DNA of 64,000 bases from Zootoca vivipara. Taxonomy: Eukaryota. A program made the translations under genes and the position numbers. Below, piece by piece: positions 25,112 through 38,226 of the stretch. The notes under the pieces are model-generated. The model was not told the origin of the DNA and ran no database searches. It was given only the letters and a program-made list of their open reading frames with translations. The stretch lies in the NCBI RefSeq assembly GCF_963506605.1, contig NC_083280.1:26226001-26290000 (forward strand). Direction: 5' to 3'. Positions within the stretch are counted from its first letter, which is position 1. The number at the start of each line of letters is the position of its first letter.

Positions 25112-26886
25112 ACTTGGGCATAATCACTCACTGCACAGTTTCCCCATCTCTGTCACAAGAGGTGCCTACTGAGTGTTTATGTGTTGGCTGGCTCCTATGC
25201 CTCTGATCATTTCCTTGACATTTGTTCCAACTTGCTGGCAAGTGTAGCTGTAAAATATATCTTCCCAAATCCAAACCTGAAATTGCTCTCAAATCAAAAT
25301 AGTTCACACAGGAAAATGTAATAAGGAATTCATTTGGCTTACTTAGGCTTCTAGGATCACATTTTCCAGTACATATACTCTATTACCGGTGCTTTCTTTT
25401 CAAAAGCTCCATAAATCAAAGGGGGGTGGGTGGGTTGGTTGCAAGTTTGTTTCTCATAGTTGCTACTTTTTTTGCTCAGCCTTCTCAGAGCCTATAAGAG
25501 GACAAGGGAAAGATATGGGGAAACGGCCAATAGCTGCTTTGTAATTTGCAACCATACCTGTTACAGAATACTGATTTCTCTTATCATGTTTATAGGATAC
25601 TGTTGTGAACCTAATTTGTTCCTGCTGCTGAAATATACCCACTATTAGTAGCAATCCTATTTTAAAAAATGCTTGGAAACAGAGATGCATTTTTAACTAA
25701 CTAATCCCCAATAATGTTCAAGCTGTGACATAATAGCTTGAAACAACAGACTTTCATTGCACAAACTGGATTTTTTCGTTTGCGCTGTAAAATCTAGCTT
25801 ATTGAAAATGTATAATTTTCCATGAGTTTGAAGGGTTTCCAAATGGCGTCATTTCCGAGTCTTTATGTCAGCAGTGGCACATTAGGGATAGCAAATTATG
25901 ATTTTGGCCTGGGCTTGTGACTCCTTGCATCCTGAATAATAGGACACAGACATTTGTTTAGACAACTTTATCTCCCAAACCAGCATTCAGGCCCCTTCTT
26001 GCCATGTGGTTTTGACAACTTGCTTTTCAGTATTTAAAGTGAAAGTTGTTCATGAGCTGAATGGCTGCACTTTCTCTTGTGAGCTGTTGCAATGCTTAGT
26101 TCTATTGCATCCCGTTTGAATAAAAGAGAAAGTAAATGGTGTAACACAGAGCCAATGTGGTGCGGTGGTTAGTAGCCAATTCAATTTCAAATTCCTGTTC
26201 AGCTGAGCTTCCTGAGTGGCCAAGGGTTTATCTGTCAGCCTAATCTACCACACAGGGTGGTAGTGATTAGGTTTCTTCACTGCTCTGAGCTCCCCAGTGA
26301 ATTTCTCTCTATAATTCCTAGTGTTTATATGGTACTTTTCAGGGCAAAAGAAAGACACAAGCTTGGCTTTCTCGACTGCTTTGGATAGGTTTAACTTGGA
26401 AAGCTACCTTATCCCAAATCAGATCATTGCTTCACATAGCTCAGTGCTGTCTATACTGACTGGCAGCAGCTTTCCAGAGTTTCAGGCAGGGAACTCTCAA
26501 CGCTACCTGCGGATGCCAGGGATAGAACATGGTACTTTCCGCAAAGCAGATGCTCTACCATGGGGAGGCGGCCCTTCTCACAAAATGGAAAGATGGTAGT
26601 CACTTGTAAATACAGTAGCTACCTTGCTCATTGCCTATGGCAACAACTGCTCCCAGGTGAGAAGGGAAGAAGATTTATTTGTAAATCAGTAGAGAATTAG
26701 CTCTGCTTTTTTATTCATGCCATATGCATATGCCATGTATTAAGCTGCCTTATATTGAATCGGGCAGTCCAATGTTTCCAATTTGTCAGATCCTAATAAG
26801 GCAGGCTAGAAATCCATTCATTGTTGTTGTTGTTGTTTCATCTGTGAAGAACTCACACCTCTCTCTCTGTCCCCCCCTTTTCCTAG

Positions 26887-26978
26887 ATAAGCTACTAATT
26901 CTAACTGTTGCAACAAAGGAAACAGACGGCTTTCACCGATTCATGCAATCAGCAAAGCATTTCAACTACACTATAAAG
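26887..26978 (+). CDS. PLOD2: PLOD2 exon 2 ([31 protein letters not shown])
   Basis: Acceptor ttcctag|, donor |gtattg; 92 nt; VATK motif of the LH glycosyltransferase domain. Confidence 0.97.
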
Positions 26979-27018
26979 GTATTGTGTACCCTCCTGCTCT
27001 TTCAGAATATGAAAAATA

Positions 27019-27146
27019 NNNNNNNNNNNNNNNNNNNNNNNNNNNNNNNNNNNNNNNNNNNNNNNNNNNNNNNNNNNNNNNNNNNNNNNNNNNNNNNNNN
27101 NNNNNNNNNNNNNNNNNNNNNNNNNNNNNNNNNNNNNNNNNNNNNN
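27019..27146. other. Assembly gap
   Basis: Run of N. Confidence 1.
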
Positions 27147-27689
27147 TCATGGAAAATACCACTTGGTTCATTTGCTGCATACCTTTGCCAATTCAGAATT
27201 ATTCCCTACTGTAGGCTTAGTAATCTTTCACCTAGTCTAACTCATAATATTCCAGATGTTGGAGTTTTCTACTTAGCTCAGGAGGCTATTCCACAGGCTT
27301 ATAGATTTAAGGGTTGGCAAGGTTTTATCCACAGTCTGTGTAAATATCATCTCTTTCCCTTTCCAGTTAACTTATGCTTATCCTATTTTCATCTGAAAGC
27401 ATCCCCCTTATATTCTGCATCTTCAGAATAAAATGCATCAATTTCTTGGAATTTATATCTCCTCCTCATTTTTGGCCTTATCCCAACTGCTGTTTCAAAA
27501 AAGTTACTTCTGCAAGGAATTTGTGCTCCTCCACTTGGTTCTGTAGGAAAACACTGAAAACTGAAATAGTCTGTAAAGGACTTAGCACTTCAACTTTAAA
27601 GGGATTTTCCTATCAGAGAGGTCCAGGGCAATGGAGGTCAATAAAAAAAACATTTTGCTTAGCAGATTCCCGTGGGCCTGACTGCAAGG

Positions 27690-28026
27690 CATAGAGAAAT
27701 GACTTATACTGAGTCAGACTACTGGCTAATCTAGTTTAGTATTGCTACCCTGACCAGTAGCAGCTCTTGGGGGTTTTGGACAGGAGATTTTCTCACTCCT
27801 GCTTGGAGACATTGGTGACTGAACTTTGAACTTTCTGCATGCAATGCCTGTACTCTGCCAGTGAACATAGGAAATTTAGGAAACTGCATTTCACCGTGTC
27901 AGTCCTATGGTCCATCTAATCCAGTGCAGTCTACACTGACTGGCAGCAGCTACTGTATAGGATTTTAGAACTCAGCCCAACCAGGGATTGAACCTGGGAC
28001 TTTTTGTACCACTGAGCTATGGCCCT
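27690..28026 (-). mobile_element. Two tandem old tRNA-derived SINE copies (relatives near 14875, 15955, 26400)
   Basis: Repeated GGTCCATCTAATCCAGT..CTGACTGGCAGCAGC..GGATTGAACC..ACCACTGAGCTATGGCCC pattern with reverse-strand A/B boxes. Confidence 0.55.
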
Positions 28027-29714
28027 GCCTCCTTTTAAAAGCCCCTTTTAAAACCATCAGTATTTGGTTGCTACTGAATATGTGACAGAGAAGCTGGGTC
28101 ATGCCTGCCATCACAATCAGGCTCCACATTCTGTTTGTGAACAGGGCTAAGAACTTTTGTGTATGTAAGGATTCAGCAACACAATCAGGATTCAGCAACC
28201 ACCGAAAATGTAATTTCCGGTTGTGTGTACATGCACAATTTATTTTGTGCATGGAAGGAAGAGGCTGTAGGGCAATATCAACATGCAATTCTCTTAATTC
28301 AGTTCCCAGAGCCTTTATCGCTTTTCTTCAGCTAAAATAGATTAAAAAGAAATCCCGGCCAACCAACTAAACAAAATACTATTCCATCCTGAATGCACCA
28401 TCTGTTCTGGCACCTCAATACTATAAAGGTGCTCAAGCTGTGATTGCATGAATGTTTATCCCACTGCGATGGTCAGGAATGAAACACAAGCAGTGCAGGA
28501 TTCCTTTTTGCAAATGAGGCAAAGCTATACAATTACCACTGCCCAATGAAACTCCTTTAACATGTGGATTAGTGGTGTTTGTGTCTATTGTCCCCAGTGT
28601 CCTAGTCCAGTTGTGATTTAACCTTGGAAATACTCTACTTATCTAGTTTAAGAATAAAAATCCCCCCCCTTTCTCAGCAAGTTGGTGCTCTGAGCGACTT
28701 CTTTGGTGGAAAGTAATTGCTGGGTTACTATTTGGTTAGGAATCGCCTCTCATATTTCTAGAGTGATGTCATGGTGCTCAGGACTGCTTGGGACATGGAA
28801 AATTTATGGGCAGTGAAATGCTGGCTTTAATATCCCTGGCTTTAATATGCCTAAACTGTTGGGAGGTGTGTGTTGAGCTTTGTTGTAACTTGTTTTCAGC
28901 CTAAACATGTTCACTTCAAAATAGGTTTCTTTGCTCCTCACTGACATACAGAAAATATACTGGGAATTAAAATGTCATAGGCAAACAGTGTTTCTTCTTT
29001 GGAAGTGAATTGAGGATTTACCCCCCTCTCTAATCCACTAGATAGGACCCTCACAGTTACTAATTTTAAAGTTCCATAGCCAGTATCCATCAGCTATCAA
29101 ATGCCCGGGTAAACAGGAACATCTTTATATTTCTCTGGAAAGCTGATAAGGTGGGAGACAGACACAGCTCACCAGGGAGGCATTCCACCAATGGTGAACT
29201 ACCACTGAGAAGGCTCTGTCACGGGACAGGGCCAAACAGGCAGGAGACAGAGGCAACACCACCAACAGCCTCCTCTGCTGACAGTAGGGCTTATGATGTT
29301 TTACTGCAACCAGTGACAGCAGCAGGTATTGAGGTTGTGGTTTTTTTTGGCCAAAGTCAAATCCATTGATGGACAAACAGCCAGTTCGCTGGGTGAATGA
29401 AGGTATTCTCTGGTACCTGTAACAAGCAAGTTGGAGTTATGGACTGCCCTAGTCAGTGGCTCTTGCCATTGACAATTGCTTGTGTTTTTGCTTGGAGATG
29501 TCTGCAGTTGTAGCAGCTGTCCCATCAGGAGAATATCAGGAGATACCAAGACCCACCGGCAGAGGAAGAAGCCCGCCAGAGGACACATTAGCCAGTCCCC
29601 CTGGAGCTGACACTAAGTTATGGGATGAAGACCAAATACCGTCTCACCGCTTATCAATAATGGTCCAAGTTGTGACAGCGCACCCTGCTCAAGACCCTTC
29701 ATTATTTATCTTAG

Positions 29715-29851
29715 GTGCTGGGTAAAGGCGAAGAGTGGAAAGGAGGAGATATTCTAAACTCCATCGGAGGAGGTCAAAAAGTACGCCTGTTGAAATCTGC
29801 ATTGGAGTCGTATGCTGATCAAGAGGATTTGGTGGTTATGTATGTTGACTG
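29715..29851 (+). CDS. PLOD2: PLOD2 exon 3 ([46 protein letters not shown])
   Basis: ttag| ... |gtaaga; 137 nt; GGGQKVRL motif. Not in the ORF track in this frame; translated by hand. Confidence 0.97.
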
Positions 29852-30720
29852 GTAAGATAACTTATTTATTTTGGCTCCTGTACTTTGATCTGTGGGGAAA
29901 ATCAGTTTTGTTATGACATGCTGTGGGTTAGCATGCATATATTTCCCCGTGTCCTAGTTTTTAAATGGGGAAAGCTAGTGCTTCTTTCCACTTCCAGAGA
30001 TTTTAGGCTGTATAAGAAGCAGGCTTTGTTTGTTTAACAGATTTGCAGATGCAGAAACTGTCACCAGGGCATGTTGTGTTCCTTGAAGGGAGGGGGGGGG
30101 AGTGGATGTTATCTAGCTTCGAGAAGCTGTGAGACACGTAGCCTAAAATAAACATTCCTGCTTTATGAGTTAGAAATTCCTGTCAGAAGTAAATGGGTAA
30201 ATGACCTGCACAATTGGCAGTTAAATAAGAAAGTGTTCTTATAAAGAATGCACAGTGAGCGGTAGCAGCAAATTCATGTTAAACTTACAGCAGATTCCTC
30301 CAAACTGGTGCCCTCCAGATTTTCCTGACTGCAGCTCTTATCCCCGACCAGTGGCCATGCTGGCAGGGGTTTATGGGAGCTGAAGTCCAACAACATCTGG
30401 AAGGCAGCATACGGACTACTCCTGATTTAACAGTAATGTCTGATTTCTAAAAATCAGAGGTCCAGTGCTGGGACGCAAGGTTTCCCGATGTTGTAATTCT
30501 TTCTGACGTGGGAGACTTCCCCCACCAGCCTCAGATGTTTTGTGTGGGAACTGGCGGAAGTTATTTATTGATGCCCTTCATACATGCTCCTAGATCTTCT
30601 CCGCCAGCCCCATGTTTTCCAGGCCCTCCTACTGAAAAAAAATTCAGGGCTGAGCCTGGGGATCCATAATTCACATGAGGCTCAGAAGTAGAAGCTGTTA
30701 TTTTGGAGCCCTAACTCTTA

Positions 30721-30829
30721 ACATGAGTTTGACCAAACTGCGGGAGGCAGTGCAAGACAGGAGTGCCTGGCGTGCTATGGTCCATGGGGTCACGAAGAGT
30801 CGGACACAACTAAACGACTAAACAACAAC
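30721..30829 (+). mobile_element. BovB (RTE) 3' end
   Basis: GTCCATGGGGTCACGAAGAGTCGGACAC plus (CAA)n tail; TSD AACTCTTA. Confidence 0.88.
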
Positions 30830-30906
30830 AACTCTTAGGGTGCATGTTTTATAATTAATTGGTGTTGCCTGGTCACCTTTCAAAAATATTTTAGACATTC
30901 TTTTGT

Positions 30907-30909
<3 letters not shown>

Positions 30910-30946
<37 letters not shown>
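30910..30946. repeat. (TG)n microsatellite
   Basis: Direct read; similar tracts near 20188, 32127, 43006, 55679. Confidence 0.95.
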
Positions 30947-30949
<3 letters not shown>

Positions 30950-32126
30950 TTTCCCCTGCATTCTGTACAGGTTTATAGCTAAAGTGGGAATTTCACCCAT
31001 CTTGGAGTTTGTGAGTAGAGAATCAGAGGCAATTAATCCAGAGGAAGTGTTTAATGGGATTAGAGTTGCAATAAAGACTATCAGAGTGAAGTCTATTCCC
31101 TCCATATGATGTTGGACTACAACTCCCATCAGCCCTAGCCAGTACAATCAATAGTCAAGGATGATGGGAGTAATAGTCTTAACAGCATGGGACAGCCGGC
31201 CAGTTCCTGGTCTGTTCTGTTTGGTTTACTAGCATAAAGATTCAGACCCTTTGCAGGTGGTCTTTGTACTACAGTGGTGAGTATGGAGGGGAAAGGTCCG
31301 AATCCTGCCTGCTGGCTCACTTATTGCACCTCTCCTTCACACGTTGAAGATGGCATTTGCACAAAAGTGTCTAAGCATATACATGTCAGCAGGCGTGGGT
31401 TCTTTAATGATGAATATCCAGTGCTATTTTTCTAGAAAAAGAGGTGCAGGAATTCACCATGAACATCTCCCTCATTCTCTTAGAATGGCAATGGTGCCCA
31501 CCTGAGAGGTGCTGGAAATGAGTTCCTGTGAGTTGCCTCTTCAAAAAAGCCCCTTGCGTAACCTTCATTTTTCAAGTGTGTGACATCGCCTCCAAAGCAT
31601 GGAGGTTGGGCACCATGAATGAGCCAACCTAGTTGGTAATGCCCTTCCCACCCTGAATATCTAACTCTATGGGGAATAACTATCTGGACTTGGCTTCAGT
31701 CACTTACACATGGCCTGTGGAAGCTTGCCAATCTAACTTCCTTCCTATGGAAGAAATGGCAGGTCCTCTGGCTGAACTTAACACCGCAGCACAGCATTCT
31801 CTGCTTCCCACGATTAGCTAGGAGAGCAGCTTCTCCAAGACTTCAAAACAGGCTTTTAAACGTTCTCAAGGCGAGAAACCCAAATAATAATGAAGTGGAA
31901 GACTTGATGCGTAATGTAACGAGCCACACATTTCTTCCGAAACTTGCATGCTGTTAGAGTTTCAATTTCTGTCCATAAGAATTAGATGCATATTCTTACG
32001 TTTTTAAAAACCTATTCGAGTCTTGCTTATATTGTTAGGTACATTCAGGCTAAAGACCTTTTATAAACCTCAAGCATTTGAATGTTGCTATCTGGTGTTT
32101 TTTAGCTGCTTCCTGTTTTATTGCTT

Positions 32127-32163
<37 letters not shown>

Positions 32164-32403
32164 TTTATGGCAGGAAATGTGTAATTTGTGGGGGCTGTTT
32201 ACTGTGATCATTTTTAGACGTCGTTGTATATTTTCAATGTTTACTATGTATGTTGCCTTGAGATCTTTGGGTATAAGGCAACACATGAATTAATTATAAT
32301 AAAAACAATAATAATTTATTTATAAAACTTTTATACCCCTTGCTTGTAGAAAAACCCTTTAATAACTTGCAGATTCTCCCAGTAGCTCATGACACAAAAA
32401 GTA

Positions 32404-32757
32404 AAGGTAAAGGTAAAGGGACCCCTGACCATTAGGTCCAGTCGTGACCGACTCTGGCGTTGCGCGCTCATCTCGCATTATTGGCCGAGGGAGCCGGCGT
32501 ATAGCTTCCAGGTCATGTGGCTAGCATGACAAAGCCGCTTCTGGCAAACCAGAGCAGCACATGGAAACGCCGTTTACCTTCCCGCTGTAGCGGTTCCTAT
32601 TTATCTACTTGCATTTTGACATGCTTTCGAACTGCTAGGTTGGCAGGAGCTGGGACTGAGCAACGGGAGCTCACCCCGTCACAGGGATTCGAACCACCGA
32701 CCTTCTGATCAGCAAGCCCTAGACTCAGTGGTTTAACCACAGCGCCACCTGGGTCCC
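32404..32757 (-). mobile_element. Sauria SINE, full length
   Basis: 13-bp TSD GACACAAAAAGTA at 32391 and 32758. Confidence 0.93.
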
Positions 32758-33763
32758 GACACAAAAAGTATGGCCTGGTAAATTGTGTTTTTCCATAAGA
32801 CAAATGTTTTCATGATAGGAAAAATACTCACTTTGGCCACTTTGGAACAGGCAGAATTTCAAAGCTATATTAACCCATGGTTAATATAGTTATTTATAAC
32901 CGATAACAAATCTGGAATTGGAATTTGTAAACATACTTTAAATGTTTAAGCCTTTCCACTCTGTCATATGGCCGCTACTGTTACCACTTCAAAAGTAATC
33001 TGAATGCCTTAATATGCTGCCACTCTGGGTCAGAGAAAAGCAAAGGAATAATATGAGGTCATTCCGTCTTGTGGTGGAAAAATGTTGTCTGGGAGATCAT
33101 ACTCTAGAGAGCATCTGGTTCCTGTCACTGACTGAACGTTCCTGCTACAACTTTGCAAAAAGGGAAAATGCAGCTCTGAGCCAGCCACCACTTTCTCCTC
33201 TCAGAGCATCCCCTGTTTCACACTGTGCTTTAGGTCCAACTCTGGGGTTAGCCAGCTTGAATGGAGGGTTGTCTGGAGCACAAGCCAGCCATTTTCATTT
33301 ATTCATTATATATTTTTTGTTGAGAGCTGGAGAAACTCCAAGGCACACTTTTCATATTTCTTCTGCCAAACTTTGGGGGAAAGCAAAACAGTGGGAGTCT
33401 TCATAAACCCACTGGGTAACATTATACATCTTATTTAATAGGCTTCCTTCCCTGCAAAGTTCCTAAATACCTGCCGTTCTGCTTGGAGAAAAAGACGAGC
33501 TTTTGCCTCCCCCCCCCTTTCCTCTTGTAAATCTGCAATTTTCTGTTTTAGCTTTCTTTTGCAGCGAGATTATTTGCCTCTACGAAAAACACAGCATGCG
33601 AGTCAACCTTACCTGTGTAACAGCAACCTATTTTCCCATGTATTTAAGCTTTCTGAGATCTTACATGAGAGGCCCTTCACCATTTCCCCTGCCATCATAT
33701 GGGAGAGGGGGAAGTAGTTACCAGGGAAAGGACCTTTTCATTGATTGTGCCTCTACTCTAGAA

Positions 33764-33901
33764 CAGTGTTTCTCAACCAGTGTGCCTCCAGATGTTTTGG
33801 GACTACAACTCCCATCATTCCTGACCACTGGTCTTGCTAGCTAGGGAGGATGGGAGTTGTAGTCCCAAAACATCTGGAGGCACACTGGTTGAGAAACACT
33901 G
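33764..33901. mobile_element. hAT Charlie-like palindromic MITE
   Basis: Perfect 53-bp inverted arms; TSD CTCTAGAA. Confidence 0.92.
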
Positions 33902-34339
33902 CTCTAGAACATATTCTCCAGAGAGGCTCACTTGGCAGCCACCTGCCAATTTATATTCTTTCTTGTGCTTTATTTTCTGTTCTGTTTTTAAGCAAGAGAT
34001 GCTATTTTTAGTATATTTTTGGAACAACCAAAGGCAGAGTATACATTTCAATAAATCAATGGATCAATTATTTCTTCAGTCTCTGACTTTGATTCTGAAG
34101 CATATAATCAACATAGCCTTGTATACTTGATTGATGGTATGTCAGCTTCCTTGCTATGGAGCCAGAAATAACACTTCACTTCTGAATTCTATATATATAG
34201 AATTATGTACTGTATGTAATTCTGTTTATGTATCCGCAACCCCAGAGTCGGTAATGACTGGACCTAATGGGCAGGGGTCCCTTTACCTTTTATATACATA
34301 CATATATATATGTATGTGTCCCAAAATCTCAAATCAGCA

Positions 34340-34800
34340 TTCTTTTTTTTCTTTTTCTTTTTTCTTTTCAAATTTTCAAACCACATTTTTTACACACAGA
34401 GACACTTGTTTACATTAAAAGCATAATGCTTGTCAATACATTTATGGGATTCCCTGAACCCCCGGACTTCCCTCTACCCCTCACATGGCTTCCAAAATTT
34501 TCCTTCCTTTTTTGCTGCATCTAATCGCATTTATCTAAGTTATTACATTTCCATTTTTATCCTTTATCGTTTTAAATTACAAGTGCTATATCAATCCTGC
34601 TAGCGTTTTTAAGTGTTCGTAATGATATTTAATATATTATATAAAGTTATGCCATTCCTTGCTGAATTTATTGTCCTCTTTGTGCCTCAAAGCAGCATTC
34701 TATACACATGGTAAACCTTGCATAAGATCAATCCAATGTGTGTCTATGCAGTGGAAAAGTCAGTGCCCTCTTGAACATACCTTCTCCTTCAGAGAAGGCA
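34340..34800 (-). mobile_element. Probable L1-clade 3' fragment
   Basis: T-rich start and composition like 43790-44620; no clear peptide motif. Confidence 0.4.
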
Positions 34801-34809
34801 TTGTTCTTG

Positions 34810-35220
34810 TTTGCGTGGACAGGCGGAGCCCCCCAACCCCCCCATGGGATTCAAATCGGCCACAACTTTATTAAGATTCAGATGTAGGGAGACCTTGGTC
34901 ATGGGCATTATCCTTCCCAGTCCCCAGTCGGGGTTCTGGGAGGCTTCAGGGTTATCTACATGGGGCTGGCTCTGGAGAACATATGTTCAAGGAGAGAGAG
35001 CCCGCCCCCTGTTCGCCACCGCTGGAAGGGGAAAGTGATGACGCCTATTGGCATGGTCAAGGCTTCCCCCAATACCCCGCTCTTGTTGCCGCAAAGGGGG
35101 GTGAGGTCTCTGCCTCACGTCCCTCCCTCTAGGAAAATCGCCAAAGAATTCTGCCCAAGGCCTGACACCGCCAAAGTTGTGATGTATTGCTACGGGAAAG
35201 GCGAAACCTGCCAATGCAGG
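34810..35220 (-). mobile_element. LTR-like terminal repeat related to 2290-3050
   Basis: Shared GGCC.CAACTTTATT and AAGTTGTGA..TTGCTAC..AGGC.AAACC motifs. Confidence 0.4.
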
Positions 35221-37015
35221 AAAATTCTGGACCTCCGGAACGAATTAAGTTTGTAACTAGAGGTACCACTGTACACCCCTGCAAAGAATTCTGGGTACTG
35301 TAGGTCACGTCACAAAGTTCGTAACCAGAGGTACCACTGTATTCTATTTCTTTATATCTTTCAACTCTTCAGAGAATGCTAATGCTCCTTGGGACGTTTT
35401 TTTACAGGTCTGCTGTGCTTTGCTAAGCATTTATCTGCTTCAACAGTTGTAAACCTTCTGGAGGATCATATTATACAGTTCCTACAGGCCCAATTCTGCA
35501 CCTGTCCATCAGATTTTTATCCCAGTTTTCTCCAAAAGCAGAAGGCTGCATGCTTGGGTACCTTCACCGATTTCAAAACTGCCTTCTTAAACAGGTTGGG
35601 ATAAAAAATGGTGATTTGCCCAAGTTAGGCTTTGTGGTTGAGTAGCCATTCAAATGAGGGTTTCCTTGGGTCTAGTCTGACACCCCTACCAACATCACGT
35701 TGCTTTTCTTTGTTCTTTTCAGGCCACATTAGATTTTTGGGGGAGCCATGACTGTTAAAGTGGTATAAATGTAGTGCTTTAAATGTAAGGCACAGATGTT
35801 CAGACATAGGCCCCTTGTTCTGTGATCCAAGGTGCCTCCTCTTTTGAACCCATCACCATCTGATTCCATAGTAAGCAGATTGATAGCCAAGCATAATGTC
35901 TGGTGGAAGGGCCCCACACCTTGAGGAGTGGCCTTGCTGCCTTGGATTGTTTCCGTCGCTTTGAATGCTCTGCTCACTTAGATGTTGTTGGACTTGTTAG
36001 ATCAGCACTGTGTTAATGGCCCTCAGGTGCTGTAGCATTGCCAAGGAGAAGTAGGGCCCTTTTGTCTTTCCTAAGTGCTGCTGGAGTGTTTCTATTCCTC
36101 TAGTGGCAGTTCAATGTCCCCACCCCCCACCCCCAGGAGAGTGAGCTTGGCCAGAGCTAGATGCAGTTGCAGCCAAAGGACCAACATAACTTGCATATGT
36201 AGCTCACAGATGTCTGAAATGTAACCCTACCTACTTTGGTACAATGACATCATCATTTTATGCAGCTGGGCAATGCTTCCAGCTTAAACACAAAAGGAGT
36301 TAACAAAAAGTAAGAGGACTTCATAATTTAAAAAAGCAGTCTGGTAGTATGAGGAGAAAAGGAAAATAATATTTTGCAATCCAAAGGTCAGCCTGGCTCT
36401 GCTGTAAAGCTCCTGCTGCTGAAATGCAGCCAGACCATGAATGATCCTGTGCCAGCTGTTTTTCACATAACCTGTCTTTAAACATAATGTGACATGCTCG
36501 TTTCAAATCCTTTTCTTACTCAGTCCTCCACTCCTGTTCTTGGGAAAGCCTCATTGAAGAGGTCTTGTTCTCCTTTGTGATGTCTGGAATGTCCCATTTC
36601 CTGGAGAAATGTTTCATGGCTCCTTTTCTACCACCAGAGCTGGTTGGGGATTCCACAAATATTGCCAGCACTTTTAGTTGTCCTAGAAAGGATAGGTCTC
36701 TCCTCAGGCTGAGTTGGCCCCTTGGATTCTAATGAGGTTTCCTCCTCTTGCCTCTGTTGGACTAGCTGTCTGGGAAGTCTCTAGAGAAGAAAGCCAAAAA
36801 GGAAAGCACACATTGTGTCCTTCAGATGTTTTGGTTTCCAACTCTCATAGTCAGTAACCAGTGACCATGCTCACTGGGGCTGATGGGAGTTACAGTGGAA
36901 AACATCTGGCAAGCACCAGGCTGATGATGGAGGAAACCAAGGTGTGGCAGCAGCAAGAAAATATAGGGTTGTGGAGAAGATGACAAACAGATGACGGAAC
37001 ATAAAATGAAGAATA

Positions 37016-37252
37016 CAGTGGTACCTCTGTTTTCGAACGTCTCCATTGATGAACATTTCGGAACTCGAACGCCGAAAACCCGGAAGTAAATGCTTCCATT
37101 TTTGAACATGTATTGGAAGTCAAATGGACATTGTATTTTTCTCAATTTTCTCTGTAAATTTGCAGACTGCCCTTTGTGCCGCAGTTTTCGAACGTTTCAG
37201 AAGTCGAACGGTCTTCCAGAATGGATTACGTTTGAAAATCGAGGTTCCACTG
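37016..37252. mobile_element. Tigger/pogo-like MITE
   Basis: TA-CAGTGGTACCTC ... GAGGTTCCACTG-TA. Confidence 0.82.
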
Positions 37253-37872
37253 TACATTTTCACATCCTCGGAAGTTTAGTAGAGAGGAAACCTGTTTGAG
37301 TGCATATCCATTATTACAAAAAGAACGAAAAGAACAAGGCATTCTTTTTCTTTCTCTCATGTGGTTTAAAACTGCCAAATGACAAGGACCTCTACGGCTT
37401 ATGCATTTGTGGTAGTAGCTCTCTGGAGAGAGACCGGAGGAGAAAGGGAACTGGGGAGACAAGGAGGGGAAGGATAGAGGCAGCCAAGATCTTGGACTGC
37501 TGAATTACCAGATGCAGGGGAATACAATTTGGCAAGCTTGTGGTTGGGGAGAGGAAAATGAAAGGAGGCATAAGTCTTTTTTATTCCCTGGTAATGGATC
37601 CGTGTGTCCAGAAAATATTTGAAGTGCTGCATAGGGAGAACTAGAGACAACCTGGAACAAAACTTTTTTTGGGGGGGGGGGAGGACCCTGTAATAAGAGA
37701 GTGCAGATGCACAATGTAACACCAAGCTGTAAAACAGTGTTATTGAAATCCAGAAGAGCAAATTATGTTCTCTTAAGCTTTCCAAAGGCCATTAAAATAG
37801 GTGCAGCTGAACATTTAATCCAGTAGCATTGGATGTAATGACTGAGCTAAGTAACTTTCAGAGAGGCAAGTA

Positions 37873-38226
37873 AAGGTAAAGGTAAAGGGACCTCTGACCA
37901 TTAGGTCCAGTCGTGACCGACTCTGGGGTTGCGCGCTCATCTCGCATTATTGGCCGAGGGAGCCGGCGTATAGCTTCCAGGTCATGTGGCCAGCATGACA
38001 AAGCCGCTTCTGGCAAACCAGAGCAGCACATGGAAACGCCGTTTACCTTCCCGCTGTAGCGGTTCCTATTTATCTACTTGCATTTTGACATGCTTTCGAA
38101 CTGCTAGGTTGGCAGGAGCTGGGACCAAGCAACGGGAGCTCACCCCGTCACAGGGATTCGAACCGCCGATCTTCTGATCAGCAAGCCCTAGGCTCAGTGG
38201 TTTAACCACAGCGCCACCTGGGTCCC
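37873..38226 (-). mobile_element. Sauria SINE, full length
   Basis: 23-bp TSD AGTAACTTTCAGAGAGGCAAGTA at 37850 and 38238. Confidence 0.93.
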
